64,000 nt of DNA from an uncultured delta proteobacterium (GCA_963737265.1 CAVTRY010000015.1:96001-160000); one strand, 5' to 3'. Positions 1 through 10,397 are shown, counted from the first letter of the stretch. Notes: a model not told the origin generated them from the sequence alone. Translations and numbers: made by a program.

Positions 1-1473
1 GAGACGACTCCGCCTATCGACTTGTCAGCCAGACTGGAGCTCCCTCCGGCCCCCGTCAATCCATGGTTCGTTCGTCCTCCGTTCGTCCTTACCGCCGGCG
101 CTTCGTCCGACTGGAAATTGACCATCTACGGATTCGCCGAGGCCGACGGGATGTGGGACTCCACCCGGAGCTTCAACGACGGATTGAACAACGGCGTCAT
201 TGCGCACTCCTTGACGCAGGCCTATGAAAACCCGCGCCTCCAAACCACTATCCGAAACAGCCGCCTTGGATTCAAAGCACAGGCTCCAGCCGTCCAGCGC
301 ATTCGCACCGCGGGTCTGCTCGAGCTCGACTTGTTCGGCAATCAGCCGAGCATCAATAGCGGCGGAGGATCGCCCGGGGTGGCCTCTGGCGCCGGCGCCA
401 CGACCGAGGCCGCGTATTTCAACAATGCAGCCCTCCGGGTTCGGCACGCCTATGTGAAGATCGAGGACGACATCGTCGACGTCTTAGTGGGGCAGACGTA
501 CTATTTGCTGGGGTGGCAGAACTACTTCTTCGGCGCCTCGTGCGGTTTCCTCGGACTTCCCAATGAATTATTCAATCGAACCGTGCAGCTTCGCCTGAGC
601 CACACCTTCGAGTCGAGGCCAGTCAGCTTGGAAATCGCGGCCGGGGCGTTCCGCCCGGGTCAGCGCGATTCCGCGGTGCCGGATGCCCAAGGCGGGCTCC
701 GCCTCGCCATCAACCGCTGGAAGGGGATCACGACCCCGGGCAGCGGAGGAACCGATGCGCTGCCCGCCGCCCTCGGTGTGTCGGGGATGGTCCGCCAGTT
801 CAAGGTCGACCCGCACGCACCGCTGCCGGCGCCGCCCATACCGCTCATCGGGTGGGCACTCGCATTCAACCTGCTCATTCCGGTCATCCCGGCAAAGGAC
901 GGCACGGATCGGGGAAACGCGCTAACGCTGACGGGGGAGTTCGTGACTGGTACCGGTAATGCCGACCAATACACCGGGATGACCGCGGGCGCGACCATGC
1001 CCAATGTGTATCCTCTACCCCCCGATACCAATATCACCTATGCGGGAGTGGCGAGGCCCCAGGACACCAACGGCGCAGCACCTCTCATGGGCCTCCCTTA
1101 CACGCCCAATGTGGACCCGGGACTCGTGGCGTTCGATGGATTTGAGACTCTTCACACCATCAATTGGCAGACATTCATTGTGGGCATCCAGTACTACCTG
1201 CCTCCGAGGGGGCGCGTCTTCGTCACCGGGAACTACAGTCAGGGAAAGTCCAGCAACATCGCGAGCCTCTTTCATCCCATTTCGCCACGGCAGCCGTGGG
1301 TCAATCCCTTGGGGGTATTCCAGTCTTCGCGCTACTACGACGGAAACATCTTTTTCGACCTGACGCCCGCTGTTCGGACGGGCCTTTCCTATCAATATGT
1401 CGAGCAGAAACTGGTCGACGACACGACCGTTCACAACAATCGTTTCGAGCTGACCTTTCTCTATTTTCTCTAG
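1..1473 (+). CDS. Outer-membrane beta-barrel porin (DcaP-like), 5' end probably outside the window
   Basis: Frame open from base 1; porin-type motifs (IYGFAEAD, SRLGF, LRVRHAY, LVGQT); C-terminal aromatic barrel signature (RFELTFLYFL). Confidence 0.7.
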   Translation, partial: ETTPPIDLSARLELPPAPVNPWFVRPPFVLTAGASSDWKLTIYGFAEADGMWDSTRSFNDGLNNGVIAHSLTQAYENPRLQTTIRNSRLGFKAQAPAVQRIRTAGLLELDLFGNQPSINSGGGSPGVASGAGATTEAAYFNNAALRVRHAYVKIEDDIVDVLVGQTYYLLGWQNYFFGASCGFLGLPNELFNRTVQLRLSHTFESRPVSLEIAAGAFRPGQRDSAVPDAQGGLRLAINRWKGITTPGSGGTDALPAALGVSGMVRQFKVDPHAPLPAPPIPLIGWALAFNLLIPVIPAKDGTDRGNALTLTGEFVTGTGNADQYTGMTAGATMPNVYPLPPDTNITYAGVARPQDTNGAAPLMGLPYTPNVDPGLVAFDGFETLHTINWQTFIVGIQYYLPPRGRVFVTGNYSQGKSSNIASLFHPISPRQPWVNPLGVFQSSRYYDGNIFFDLTPAVRTGLSYQYVEQKLVDDTTVHNNRFELTFLYFL

Positions 1474-1502
1474 CCGCCCCGGTTGCTCCGAGAGGCCGAA
1501 TC

Positions 1503-1919
1503 ATGCAAGCACATACGAACCATCTACGATCCTCAGTCATTCTTGGCGTCGCGGCATTGCTCGCGACCGCCTCCGGCTTGTCGTGCTACGAGCGCCCCAA
1601 CTCGTTTCAACCCATCACCGCCGGCGCCAAACCGTGGAATCCCCCCGCGGGTTGGGATCCCGAGCCGGCCTGCGCGACCGGGTATTACGTCACCATCGAC
1701 ACTTGCGAAGGCTGCAAAGCTCTCTCGTACGCTCTTTGTACCGGGACCGCCTTTACCCAGTGCGTGTGCGGAGGTCCCTTTTGGCCCGGCGCGACTTGCC
1801 CACAAACGTTTGTCTGCGCTACCGACGATTTTCCGCCGTTCAACTGGGTCGAGTTCACGGACTACGCCGGCCCCGGCTGGGCCGGCCTCAGCCAGCTCGG
1901 GGACGCGGGCAGCCCTTGA
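1503..1919 (+). CDS. Small Cys-rich lipoprotein, unknown function
   Basis: Hydrophobic signal ending GLSC (lipobox-like); many Cys; starts 30 bp after the porin stop. Confidence 0.65.
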   Translation: MQAHTNHLRSSVILGVAALLATASGLSCYERPNSFQPITAGAKPWNPPAGWDPEPACATGYYVTIDTCEGCKALSYALCTGTAFTQCVCGGPFWPGATCPQTFVCATDDFPPFNWVEFTDYAGPGWAGLSQLGDAGSP

Positions 1920-1970
1920 GCAGTGGCTCCGAGATTCTGCGCGTGCGGGCGAAGCCTGCGCCATGAGGTG

Positions 1971-2441
1971 CTAGTTATTCTGCGCGCCCTCTTGGATCCA
2001 ATTGTAAATGAGCTGCTGTTGATCCGCGGAAAGCGCGTTTCCAGAGAATTTTGAGACTCCCTGGGTCAACATCGTCTGAATATCCGCCGGCATTTGGTTC
2101 CCGCACTTTTGCGGTGGCTGCGAGAGGACCTTCAAGTACATGATGCTAGCTTCCGGCTGGCCTGGAACCACCCGCGTTCCATTCCCCGCGCAAACAGCCC
2201 CCATGCATGGCGTGCCGACGAGGCTCCAGTACGCGAATACCTGCGAGCTCATGTCGAGGGCGCTGAATTTTATCCCCACGTAGTTGTAGTGGCAGTAGTC
2301 GTTGCTGCAGGTCGGCTTGATGATCTCGGCGTAGACCTTGGTGAACGAGTTAGGGGACGCCGGTGCGTTCGCGCCACATCCAAGGCCGAGAGCCGCGGAG
2401 GCCGAGATTGCGAACAACGTTCCTAGAACCGTGTGTCTCAT
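1971..2441 (-). CDS. Lipoprotein with CxxxxCH cytochrome c-like domain
   Basis: Lipobox LGLGC; CSNDYCH; RVVPGQPEASIMY..K, MP and IYNWIQEGA motifs typical of myxobacterial/planctomycete cytochrome c-like domains. Confidence 0.65.
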   Translation of the reverse strand: MRHTVLGTLFAISASAALGLGCGANAPASPNSFTKVYAEIIKPTCSNDYCHYNYVGIKFSALDMSSQVFAYWSLVGTPCMGAVCAGNGTRVVPGQPEASIMYLKVLSQPPQKCGNQMPADIQTMLTQGVSKFSGNALSADQQQLIYNWIQEGAQNN

Positions 2442-2680
2442 CGATTTCTCCACTAGTCCATGTCGCCGGGGGAGCTTCAACGGCTCTCCTCCTGGGGAAC
2501 CGCGATTATAGTCTATTGCTGGCGCCCGGGGGCAACACTGTCAAACAGATTTCTGCACAAATCGGAGGCGCCCGCCCCTGACGCGGTAGTCGAATCGTCG
2601 CGACTAGAACTGGTGGAAGTTGCGCACGGGTCTTAAGGAGATCGCATCTACGACCGATAAAGTAGGACAGAAAAAGTGCC

Positions 2681-3646
2681 ATGAGTGTCGCGCCGCAACA
2701 AGCAGCCCGATCGTGCATCATTACCGTCGGTGGCGGTAAGGGTGGCGTGGGCAAGAGTATCGTCGCGCTCAACCTCGCCGCCGCGCTGGCGCAAGACGGT
2801 CATCGTGTGGTGATCGCCGATATGGATCTCGGCGCCGCCAACCAGCATCTGCTGCTCGGTCTGCTCAACCCGGCCAAGGGACTTCAGGACCTGCTCGACA
2901 AGTCGGTGAAGGAAGCCAGGAACTGCTTAACCGAGACCCGAGTGCCCAACCTTCGGTTGCTGGCCGGTACGAGTGGCGTGCTGGGTGCCGCCAACATCAC
3001 CCATGCCCAGAAGGTTCGATTGCTGCGCAAGCTGCGCTCCCTGGAGGCGGACATCGTCGTCGTCGATGTCGGTGCGGGCGTCGGATACAACGCGCTCGAT
3101 TTCTTCGATCTCGGCGTGCGCAAGGTGCTCGTGACCACGCCCCAGGTCACCGCCCTTCACGATGCCTACGCGTTTCTCAAGAGCGCGGTGCTGCGCCTGC
3201 TACGGCACAACGTGGAGGAAGCCGTCGATGCAGCCCTGCTCGAGCCGGCCACGCTGAGCACGAGCAATGAAAAGGTGGTGCAGATCTTGGCCAACCTACG
3301 CGAGACGCGTCCGCTATTGGCCGACAAGGTGTTCGCCAAGATTGAAGGCTTTGGTGCGTGCATGGTCGGCAACCAGGTCTTCAAGGACGCGCATGCCGGC
3401 GTCTTCGGGGCGGTGTCGCATACCATGCACGACTACCTTGGGCTGAACGTTCCCATCCTTGGGTGGCTGCGCACATCGACCGTGATTCATGAATCCGTCA
3501 ACCGCCGGCGGCCACTGGCGCTTGACCCGGGCACCAAGGACAACACAGCCTTTCGCAGCCTGGCCCGGGCACTGCTTGCGACCCTACCAGCCGATGGCAT
3601 CGTCGAAGAGGTGGCCATCGACGAGCCATCTGCGTCCTGCGGCTAG
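2681..3646 (+). CDS. MinD/FlhG/ParA-family P-loop ATPase
   Basis: Deviant Walker A GGKGGVGKS, DMDLGAAN, VVDVGAG. Confidence 0.85.
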   Translation: MSVAPQQAARSCIITVGGGKGGVGKSIVALNLAAALAQDGHRVVIADMDLGAANQHLLLGLLNPAKGLQDLLDKSVKEARNCLTETRVPNLRLLAGTSGVLGAANITHAQKVRLLRKLRSLEADIVVVDVGAGVGYNALDFFDLGVRKVLVTTPQVTALHDAYAFLKSAVLRLLRHNVEEAVDAALLEPATLSTSNEKVVQILANLRETRPLLADKVFAKIEGFGACMVGNQVFKDAHAGVFGAVSHTMHDYLGLNVPILGWLRTSTVIHESVNRRRPLALDPGTKDNTAFRSLARALLATLPADGIVEEVAIDEPSASCG

Positions 3647-3651
3647 TCTAG

Positions 3652-5277
3652 CTAGGAGCCTGTCGCGGAGCGACTGCTGCGGCCAGGCTGGACGGCGGAA
3701 ATGAACTTGATGCTCCGGTTTTCCTCTTCGGCGCGGCGAAGCAGCCACTCGGTCTCGAACAGCACCAGTGGCCGGCCTTCAACGTCGATGACACAGCTCT
3801 GCCGGCCGGGCAGCTCCAGCTTGTCGAAATCGAGGCCGGTGCCTTCGATCCAGCGAGCAAAGCGATAGGGCAGGCGGTCGAGGCCGATGGGCACGCGGTA
3901 CTCCGACATCAAGCGGTGCTCGATGACTTCGAATTGCAGCACGCCCACGGCGCCCAGGATCGGATCGCGCTCCATGCGCTGGCGGTCGAAGAAAAGTTGC
4001 ACGGCGCCTTCCTCGGAAAGCTGATCGAGACCTTTCTTGAGCTGCTTGCGCTTCAAGGGATCGTCGAGGCGCACGCGCACGAAATGCTCGGGCGAAAAAC
4101 GCGGGATGCCCTCGAATTCCACCGGCTCGCCCTCGCACAGACTGTCGCCGATACGCAGGATGCCGGGATCCCACAGGCCCACGATGTCGCCCGAATAGGC
4201 TTCGTCCACCACGGTGCGCGTCTGGGCCATGAACTGCACCGAGCGTGTGAGTGATAGCGTCTTGCCGGTGCGCACGTGCTTGACGTCCATGCCGCGGGCG
4301 AAGCGGCCCGAGCAGATGCGCACGAAGGCGATGCGGTCGCGGTGCTGCGGATCCATGTTGGCTTGGATCTTGAATACGAAGCCGGAGAAGCTCGGGTAAT
4401 CGGGTTCGAGGGATCCGGTCGAGGTCAATCGCATGCGCGGTGGCGGCGCCAGCTCGACGAAGCGATCGAGCAGCGGATCGAGCCCGCAGTTGGTCATGGC
4501 GCTGCCGAAAAAGACCGGCGTCATATGGCCGGCGAGGAATCGTTCCTCGTTGAACGCCGTGCCCGCGGTTTCCAGCAACTCGAGCTCGTCGCGCACCTTC
4601 GCTATTTCGTTCGCACCGACGGCCCCCTGCAGCTCGGGGTCGTCCCAACCGGTCCTGTGCATGCCCACGCGGCGCGCGCGCGAGCCGCCCTCGAAGAGCA
4701 ACACGGATTTGCCCCAGCGATCGTAGACGGCCGCAAACGTCGGCCCCGATCCGATGGGCCAGTTGGCCGGGCTGCACGGAATGCCCAGCACGCGTTCGAT
4801 CTCGTCGAGCAATTCGAACGGTTCTTTTCCGCTGCGGTCCATCTTGTTGACGAAGGTCACGATGGGAATTCCGCGCATGCGGCAGACTTGGAACAGCTTG
4901 ATGGTCTGCGGCTCCACGCCCTTGACACAATCGATGAGCATGATGGCGGTGTCGGCGGCAGACAGCGTCCGGTAGGTGTCCTCGGAAAAATCGTTGTGGC
5001 CAGGGGTGTCGAGCAAATTCATATGCCGGCCGGCGTAGTCGAACTGAAGCACGCTGCTCGACACTGAGATGCCGCGCTGGCGTTCGATGTCCATCCAGTC
5101 GCTGGTCGTTTGGCGACCGTCGCCCTTGGTCCGCACGGCTCCGGCCACGTGCAGCGCGCCGCCATAGAGGAGCAGTTTTTCCGTCAGCGTGGTCTTGCCT
5201 GCGTCAGGGTGGGAGATGATGGCGAAGGTCCGCCGGTTCGCGACCTCCGCGCGCAATCGTTTGAGCTGCTCGTCCAT
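3652..5277 (-). CDS. prfC: Peptide chain release factor 3
   Basis: RRTFAIISHPDAGKTTLTEKLLL, DTPGH.DFSEDTYR, FVFKIQANMDP.HRDR, GAVGVLQFEV. Confidence 0.97.
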   Translation of the reverse strand: MDEQLKRLRAEVANRRTFAIISHPDAGKTTLTEKLLLYGGALHVAGAVRTKGDGRQTTSDWMDIERQRGISVSSSVLQFDYAGRHMNLLDTPGHNDFSEDTYRTLSAADTAIMLIDCVKGVEPQTIKLFQVCRMRGIPIVTFVNKMDRSGKEPFELLDEIERVLGIPCSPANWPIGSGPTFAAVYDRWGKSVLLFEGGSRARRVGMHRTGWDDPELQGAVGANEIAKVRDELELLETAGTAFNEERFLAGHMTPVFFGSAMTNCGLDPLLDRFVELAPPPRMRLTSTGSLEPDYPSFSGFVFKIQANMDPQHRDRIAFVRICSGRFARGMDVKHVRTGKTLSLTRSVQFMAQTRTVVDEAYSGDIVGLWDPGILRIGDSLCEGEPVEFEGIPRFSPEHFVRVRLDDPLKRKQLKKGLDQLSEEGAVQLFFDRQRMERDPILGAVGVLQFEVIEHRLMSEYRVPIGLDRLPYRFARWIEGTGLDFDKLELPGRQSCVIDVEGRPLVLFETEWLLRRAEEENRSIKFISAVQPGRSSRSATGS

Positions 5278-5353
5278 CGATGGAGCTGCGTAAGGTAGCA
5301 GGTGCGTCCGCGTTTCGGGCGCGATTTATTACCGCGCGGGGCCTAAGTGCGGC

Positions 5354-6406
5354 TTAGTAGCCTTGGCCATCCGGCGCGGGCTTCACCTTGCCGCGGTGGA
5401 TTTTGAACAGAAATACGAAATACAAGAGCGCGATGGGAAAGCCCAAGAACCACCACTTGGCGCCCGTGCGCAGCCCGTGTGGACTGACGGCGGCGTTGTA
5501 CGCGGTCAGGCTCCAGGCGGGATCGAGGCTGGATTTGAGCATGACCGGAAACACACACGCTGCGGTGGCGGCAAGCAGGCCGACGATGAAAGCGGCGCTG
5601 CCCACGAAGGCGAGCAAGTAGCGGCGGCGCGACTGGCCCCAAAAAACGGTGGCAAGCCCCAACATGAAAATCAGCGTACCGATCCAGGCCAGGGGCGCGC
5701 TTGGCAGATTCTTGTAGATGTCAGGATTGACGTGCGCTGTGGCGATGGTGGCCAGTCCGCCAACGACCGCGGTCAACACCCACAGCGGCAGGGCGACCTT
5801 GCGCGCGCGCTCGTGCACGGAGCCCTCGGTCTTCCACGCCAGGAACAAAGCGCCGTGGCTGGCGATGGTCACGAGAACGAACACGCCCATGAGGACTGTG
5901 TACCAGTCCAAGATTCCCACCGGGTTTTGCGTTCCGAAATGGGTGAAGAGCGGAATGTTGAAATACCCCGAATCGTCGACGGGCACGCCGCGGACCACGT
6001 TGCCGAGAGCGGCGCCGAGCAGCACGGGCATGAGCACGCTGGCAAAGGTGAACACGAAGTCCCAGAAACCTCGCCACATCCGATCGGCGACGTGGCTGCG
6101 GAATTCGATGGAGATGCAGCGCAGGATAAGCGTCCACACCACCATGAACATGGCCAGGTAGAAGCCGGAAAACCCCGAGGCCAGCACCTTGGGAAAGGCG
6201 AGAAAAAGGCTCCCGCCGCCGGCCAGCAGCCAAACCTCATTGCCATCCCAATAAGGACCGATGGCGCCCAGGACTTGGCGGCGCTCGGTATCAGTGCGCG
6301 CGACGAAGTGATGCAAGATGCCCGCGCCGAAATCGAAACCGTCCGCCACGGCGTAGAGGGCGATCATCACGCTCACGAGCCAAAACCAAAGCATTTCCAT
6401 GGTCAT
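5354..6406 (-). CDS. cydB: Cytochrome bd ubiquinol oxidase subunit II
   Basis: DGFDFGAG, IGPYWDGNEVWL motifs; multi-TM; directly downstream of cydA. Confidence 0.95.
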   Translation of the reverse strand: MTMEMLWFWLVSVMIALYAVADGFDFGAGILHHFVARTDTERRQVLGAIGPYWDGNEVWLLAGGGSLFLAFPKVLASGFSGFYLAMFMVVWTLILRCISIEFRSHVADRMWRGFWDFVFTFASVLMPVLLGAALGNVVRGVPVDDSGYFNIPLFTHFGTQNPVGILDWYTVLMGVFVLVTIASHGALFLAWKTEGSVHERARKVALPLWVLTAVVGGLATIATAHVNPDIYKNLPSAPLAWIGTLIFMLGLATVFWGQSRRRYLLAFVGSAAFIVGLLAATAACVFPVMLKSSLDPAWSLTAYNAAVSPHGLRTGAKWWFLGFPIALLYFVFLFKIHRGKVKPAPDGQGY

Positions 6407-6409
6407 CTC

Positions 6410-7750
6410 CTAGTGTGACGCCGGCGTGCCGTGGGGAGCCGGACCATGGGCGATTTCGCGCATGATGAGGAAGAGAAATAGAAACCCGAGAATGACGAAA
6501 AGGCCGGCAAAACCCAGCGCGGTGAAGACGGTCTCGCCACTATGCACAAGGTGGCTCGTTCCCTCGCGCGTGCGCACAAGCCCGTAAAGCAACCAGGGCT
6601 GCCGGCCGAGCTCCGCCGTCATCCAGCCCGCCGTGGTGGCGATGTATGGGAAGGGAAAGGCCAGCATCAGGATCCAAAGCAGCCAGCGTGACTTGATCAA
6701 GGCGCCGCGCCAGAGCTGCAAAGCGGCCAGGGCCATGATCGCGATGAAGATGGTTCCGAGCCCTGCCATGATGTGAAAGCTGTAGTAGAGCAGCTCGATG
6801 TTCGGCGGCCACTGTTCGGGTGGGAACTCGCTAAGCCCCTTCACGTTGCTTTCGAACGATCCGTAGGCGATGAAGCTGAGAATGCCAGGCATGCGCACGG
6901 GGTTGTCCAGGCGCTGGTGTTGCACGTCCGGCTGCCCGATGAAATTGATCTCGGCCCAGTTGCCGCTGTTCCAGCGACCTTCCATCGCCGCCAGAGCCGC
7001 GGGCTGATGCGCGGCCACCATTTTGCCCTGCCTGTCCCCGGTGGGGAAGGCCACGAGCAGGCTGGCAAGTAGCCCGACGATGATGCCGGTGCGAAGGAAG
7101 ATACTCGCCTGCGCCCGGTGCTCGTCGCGCAGGGTGTAGTAGGCGCCCACCGCGCACACCACGAACGAGGCGGTCACCACGGCGGCGATCATGTTGTGCG
7201 CGTATTCGACAAGCGCCCAGGGATTGAGTAAAAATGCGCCCAGGCTTGCGATCTGAAAGGTGCCGTCGCGAGCGATGCTGTGACCTGCGGGGTGCTGCAT
7301 GAACGCGTTGGTGACGATGATGAAGTAGCCGCTCAGCCACGAGCCCAAGAACAGCGCCCACGCGGCGAGGTCGTGGATCTTGCGGCCGACCTTCTCTTCG
7401 CCCCACAGCAGGAGGCCGAGGAAGCTCGATTCCAGGAAGAAGGCGAACAGGCCCTCCATCGCCAGGGTCTGGCCGATCACGCCGCCCGCCCGCTGGCTGA
7501 ATTGCGCCCAGTTGGTTCCGAACTGGAATTCCATGGGAATGCCGGTGACGACGCCGACCGCGAAGTTGATGCCGAAGATTCGGATCCAGAAGCGCGCGGC
7601 GTCCTGGTACTTCTCGCCGCCGGCACGACGAGCGAGCATCTTGAACAACACGATGAACAGCGCCAGCCCCATGGTGAGCTGGGGGAAGAGATAGTGGTAG
7701 GTGGCGGTGAAGCCAAACTGGAGGCGGTGCCAGAACACGGGATCGCTCAT
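6410..7750 (-). CDS. cydA: Cytochrome bd ubiquinol oxidase subunit I (short Q-loop type)
   Basis: RLQFGFT..YHYLF, FAVGVVTGIPMEFQFGTNW, QPAALAAMEG, GWMTAELGRQPW. Confidence 0.95.
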   Translation of the reverse strand: MSDPVFWHRLQFGFTATYHYLFPQLTMGLALFIVLFKMLARRAGGEKYQDAARFWIRIFGINFAVGVVTGIPMEFQFGTNWAQFSQRAGGVIGQTLAMEGLFAFFLESSFLGLLLWGEEKVGRKIHDLAAWALFLGSWLSGYFIIVTNAFMQHPAGHSIARDGTFQIASLGAFLLNPWALVEYAHNMIAAVVTASFVVCAVGAYYTLRDEHRAQASIFLRTGIIVGLLASLLVAFPTGDRQGKMVAAHQPAALAAMEGRWNSGNWAEINFIGQPDVQHQRLDNPVRMPGILSFIAYGSFESNVKGLSEFPPEQWPPNIELLYYSFHIMAGLGTIFIAIMALAALQLWRGALIKSRWLLWILMLAFPFPYIATTAGWMTAELGRQPWLLYGLVRTREGTSHLVHSGETVFTALGFAGLFVILGFLFLFLIMREIAHGPAPHGTPASH

Positions 7751-7792
7751 GAGATGTCTCCTTACCGCGGATTTTGCTCGCTGGGCTTACAA

Positions 7793-9160
7793 TCATGCAA
7801 TGGGCGCAGGCGGCACGCGCGCGCTTACCAACCAACCGTCAACCCACTTGTCCGCTTCCTTGCGCAACGTGACCTCGCGGATGGACGGGCCGACAATACC
7901 CACGTCGTGAAGAATATGTCGAAGATACTCGATGGTGTGGCTGTAACGGCCGTGAGGATTCAGCCGGTAGCCGCCAGGCGCATCCGCAGGCTCCGCGCGT
8001 TCCACGGTGAAGATTAGCGCGCCATCGGGCAGAAGTGCCTTGGCGGCGGCGGCGGCGAAATCGGCGAGATCGCCAAAGTACACGAGCGTGTCGGCCGACG
8101 CGATGAGGTCGCTAGATCGCGGGTGCTGGCGCAGGAACGCGGTCAGCTCTTCGAGCACCAGGGCATCGTAAACCTTGCGCTCGCGCGCCAATTCGAGCAT
8201 GGCCGGCGAGAGATCCACGCCAATGAGGAAGCGGGCGGCCGGGCGCAAGAGGGGGCCGCACAAGCCAGTGCCGCAGCCGGCATCGAGCACGGCTAGCCGC
8301 GCGTCGGGATCGCCGAAGACCTGGGTGACCGCTTCGGCGACGAGCGCGGGTGCGCGGTATTCCAATCGCGCCAAGGACTCGTCGAAGCAGGAAGCGAAAC
8401 CGTCGAATTCGCTGCGCAGGTACTCATCCGAAGCGCGCTCGGGAACACCGTTTCCCGAGCAAGCGGCGGACATGTGGCGGGCTCGCGGGTCGTTCGGAAA
8501 CAGCGCCAGCCAACGGCGATAGATCTCGGTGGCTTCCTCGATACGTCCGGTGGCGTACAACACAGCGCCGAGGTAGCGGTACGAATCGGGCGATTGTGGC
8601 GCCAACCGCGCCGCCTCGCGATGCGCCTCCAGGGCTTCTTCCACGCGGTTCAGCCCGCTCAGGGCATTGCCGAGGTTCTGCCAGGCCCCCGCATGATCCG
8701 GTTTAAGCGCGATGACTTCGCGGAACGTCGCGACCGCGCCTTCCAGATCCCCCCGTTCCCGGCGCACGGTGCCGAGGTTGTTGAGGGCGTTCGCATCCTT
8801 GGGGCGCAACTCCAGGGCACGCCGGTAATCCACTTCAGCCTCGTCGAGGCGGCGCAGATGCTTGAGCACATTGCCCCGGTTATTTAACGCGTCTGCGTGG
8901 TCAGGTATCAGCTCCAGCGCCCGTCCGATGAGCTCCAGAGCCTTTTCGTTGTGGCCTAACTGATGCTCGGCCACGCCGAGGAAGTGCAGAGCATCTGCCT
9001 GGTCAGGCGAAACGGCCAAGATTGAACGGTAGATTTTTGCCGCGTCCTCGGTTCGGCCCGCCTGGTGCTTGTGGATTGCCGCGGCCAATTCGTCGCGCAC
9101 CGACATGCGGCGGGCGTGACGGCTCCTTTTCTTCTTGCCGCGTCTCGCTTTGAACGACAT
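7793..9160 (-). CDS. TPR-repeat protein with C-terminal class I SAM methyltransferase
   Basis: Several TPRs (ADALNNRGNVL, ANALNNLGTV); VLDAGCGTGLCG, GVDLSPAML, ADTLVYFGDL. Confidence 0.9.
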   Translation of the reverse strand: MSFKARRGKKKRSRHARRMSVRDELAAAIHKHQAGRTEDAAKIYRSILAVSPDQADALHFLGVAEHQLGHNEKALELIGRALELIPDHADALNNRGNVLKHLRRLDEAEVDYRRALELRPKDANALNNLGTVRRERGDLEGAVATFREVIALKPDHAGAWQNLGNALSGLNRVEEALEAHREAARLAPQSPDSYRYLGAVLYATGRIEEATEIYRRWLALFPNDPRARHMSAACSGNGVPERASDEYLRSEFDGFASCFDESLARLEYRAPALVAEAVTQVFGDPDARLAVLDAGCGTGLCGPLLRPAARFLIGVDLSPAMLELARERKVYDALVLEELTAFLRQHPRSSDLIASADTLVYFGDLADFAAAAAKALLPDGALIFTVERAEPADAPGGYRLNPHGRYSHTIEYLRHILHDVGIVGPSIREVTLRKEADKWVDGWLVSARVPPAPIA

Positions 9161-9269
9161 CCGGGACTCCGAGGTGGAAAGATCGCAGCGTGGGGCAGAG
9201 GCGTCAACCCCGGTTCCCCTGCTCGGACGCCAGCGCCTTCAGTCGAGCGCACGAGAGTTACCAGGTGGT

Positions 9270-9420
9270 AGATGTAGTTATATGTATATAAAGGTAATAT
9301 TATTCATCACTTGTGGTCAAGAATTCTATTCACAGGAAAAAGCAAATAACTACAAAGTGATAGAATTTTGCCACGCCGTTTTATGGCTGATAGCATCTTG
9401 GGAAAAAGGGCGCTGGAAAG
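9270..9420. promoter_or_regulatory. AT-rich intergenic segment with two opposed DnaA-box-like 9-mers (oriC-like or strong divergent promoter)
   Basis: Sharp AT enrichment; TGTGGTCAA 9312-9320 and CTATTCACA 9326-9334 next to a TATATGTATATA-containing tract. Confidence 0.35.
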
Positions 9421-9435
9421 GACGATTTCTCCCGG

Positions 9436-10227
9436 ATGGCTACACACATCAACTCGCCGAGACAACCGCGGTCGCAGATCCCCGGGCGAGGCGCGACCGC
9501 GCCATCGGGCGAACGATCGGAACGTCCGGAACGTCCGGAACGTCCAGTCGAAGAGCTGCGGCTTGAGCACGGACTGTCCACCTATCTTCCGCCGGGAAAA
9601 ATGCTGGGGCTGCAGTTGACCGAAAACCGATACACCATCATCTCGGTACGGCGTGGACAGGATGCCTATCGAGTGCGCGTGCATCGGATGTTCGCTAGCG
9701 CGGAGCCCCGGCTCGTGCGCGCGTTGGCACGGTTCGTAGTGCACAACGACCAGCGCGCATCATCGCAGCTCGGCGAATTTATCGAACGCAACCAACATCT
9801 AATCAAACAGCAGCCCAAGCGGCGGCAGCCAATGGTTCTGCGCCCGCGCGGCCGCGTGCACGACCTCGCTGCTATCTTCGACCGGCTTAACCGATGCCAT
9901 TTTGACGGCAAGCACGATGCACGGATTACCTGGGGATCGGCGCCAAGGCGCGCCCAGCAGCGGTCAATCAAGGTGGGGAGCTTTTCCGTGGAAGACCGCC
10001 TGATCCGCATTCATCCCGCACTGGATCAGGACCTGGTTCCTCGCTTTTTCGTGGAGTGGATCGTTTTTCACGAAATGCTGCACGGCAAGCATGCGATCCG
10101 CCGGGTGCGCGGGCGACGCAGTTTCCACCCCGCCGAATTTTCGCATGAGGAGCGGCAATTTCCCGATTACGGGCGTGCCCGCCTGTGGGAGCGGGACAAT
10201 ATGGACTGCCTGCTCGGGGGCAGCTGA
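9436..10227 (+). CDS. SprT-like/zincin HEXXH metalloprotease
   Basis: FHEMLH motif, IRIHPALD, H..EF; start codon uncertain. Confidence 0.75.
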   Translation: MATHINSPRQPRSQIPGRGATAPSGERSERPERPERPVEELRLEHGLSTYLPPGKMLGLQLTENRYTIISVRRGQDAYRVRVHRMFASAEPRLVRALARFVVHNDQRASSQLGEFIERNQHLIKQQPKRRQPMVLRPRGRVHDLAAIFDRLNRCHFDGKHDARITWGSAPRRAQQRSIKVGSFSVEDRLIRIHPALDQDLVPRFFVEWIVFHEMLHGKHAIRRVRGRRSFHPAEFSHEERQFPDYGRARLWERDNMDCLLGGS

Positions 10228-10397
10228 AGAACTGTCCAAAGTTGGATAGCTATTCATGGACACGTCTTGACATCTTGGCAAGGCGTGCGGTCGATCTGCG
10301 CCAGGAAAGCGCGGAGCCCGCGTCGCACGGGTGGTTTCTCCACAAGGCAAGGGGCTTTCTTCATGGAACGATTGATGCTAGTTCCCTGACGAGGAAG

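Noticed and set aside
9272-9299. dif-like site (central TGTATA)
   Set aside because: The XerD arm matches only about 6/11 and lacks TTATG; the XerC arm is poor.
9519-9546. GGAACGTCC x3
   Set aside because: In-frame 9-bp repeat encoding a low-complexity ERP linker.
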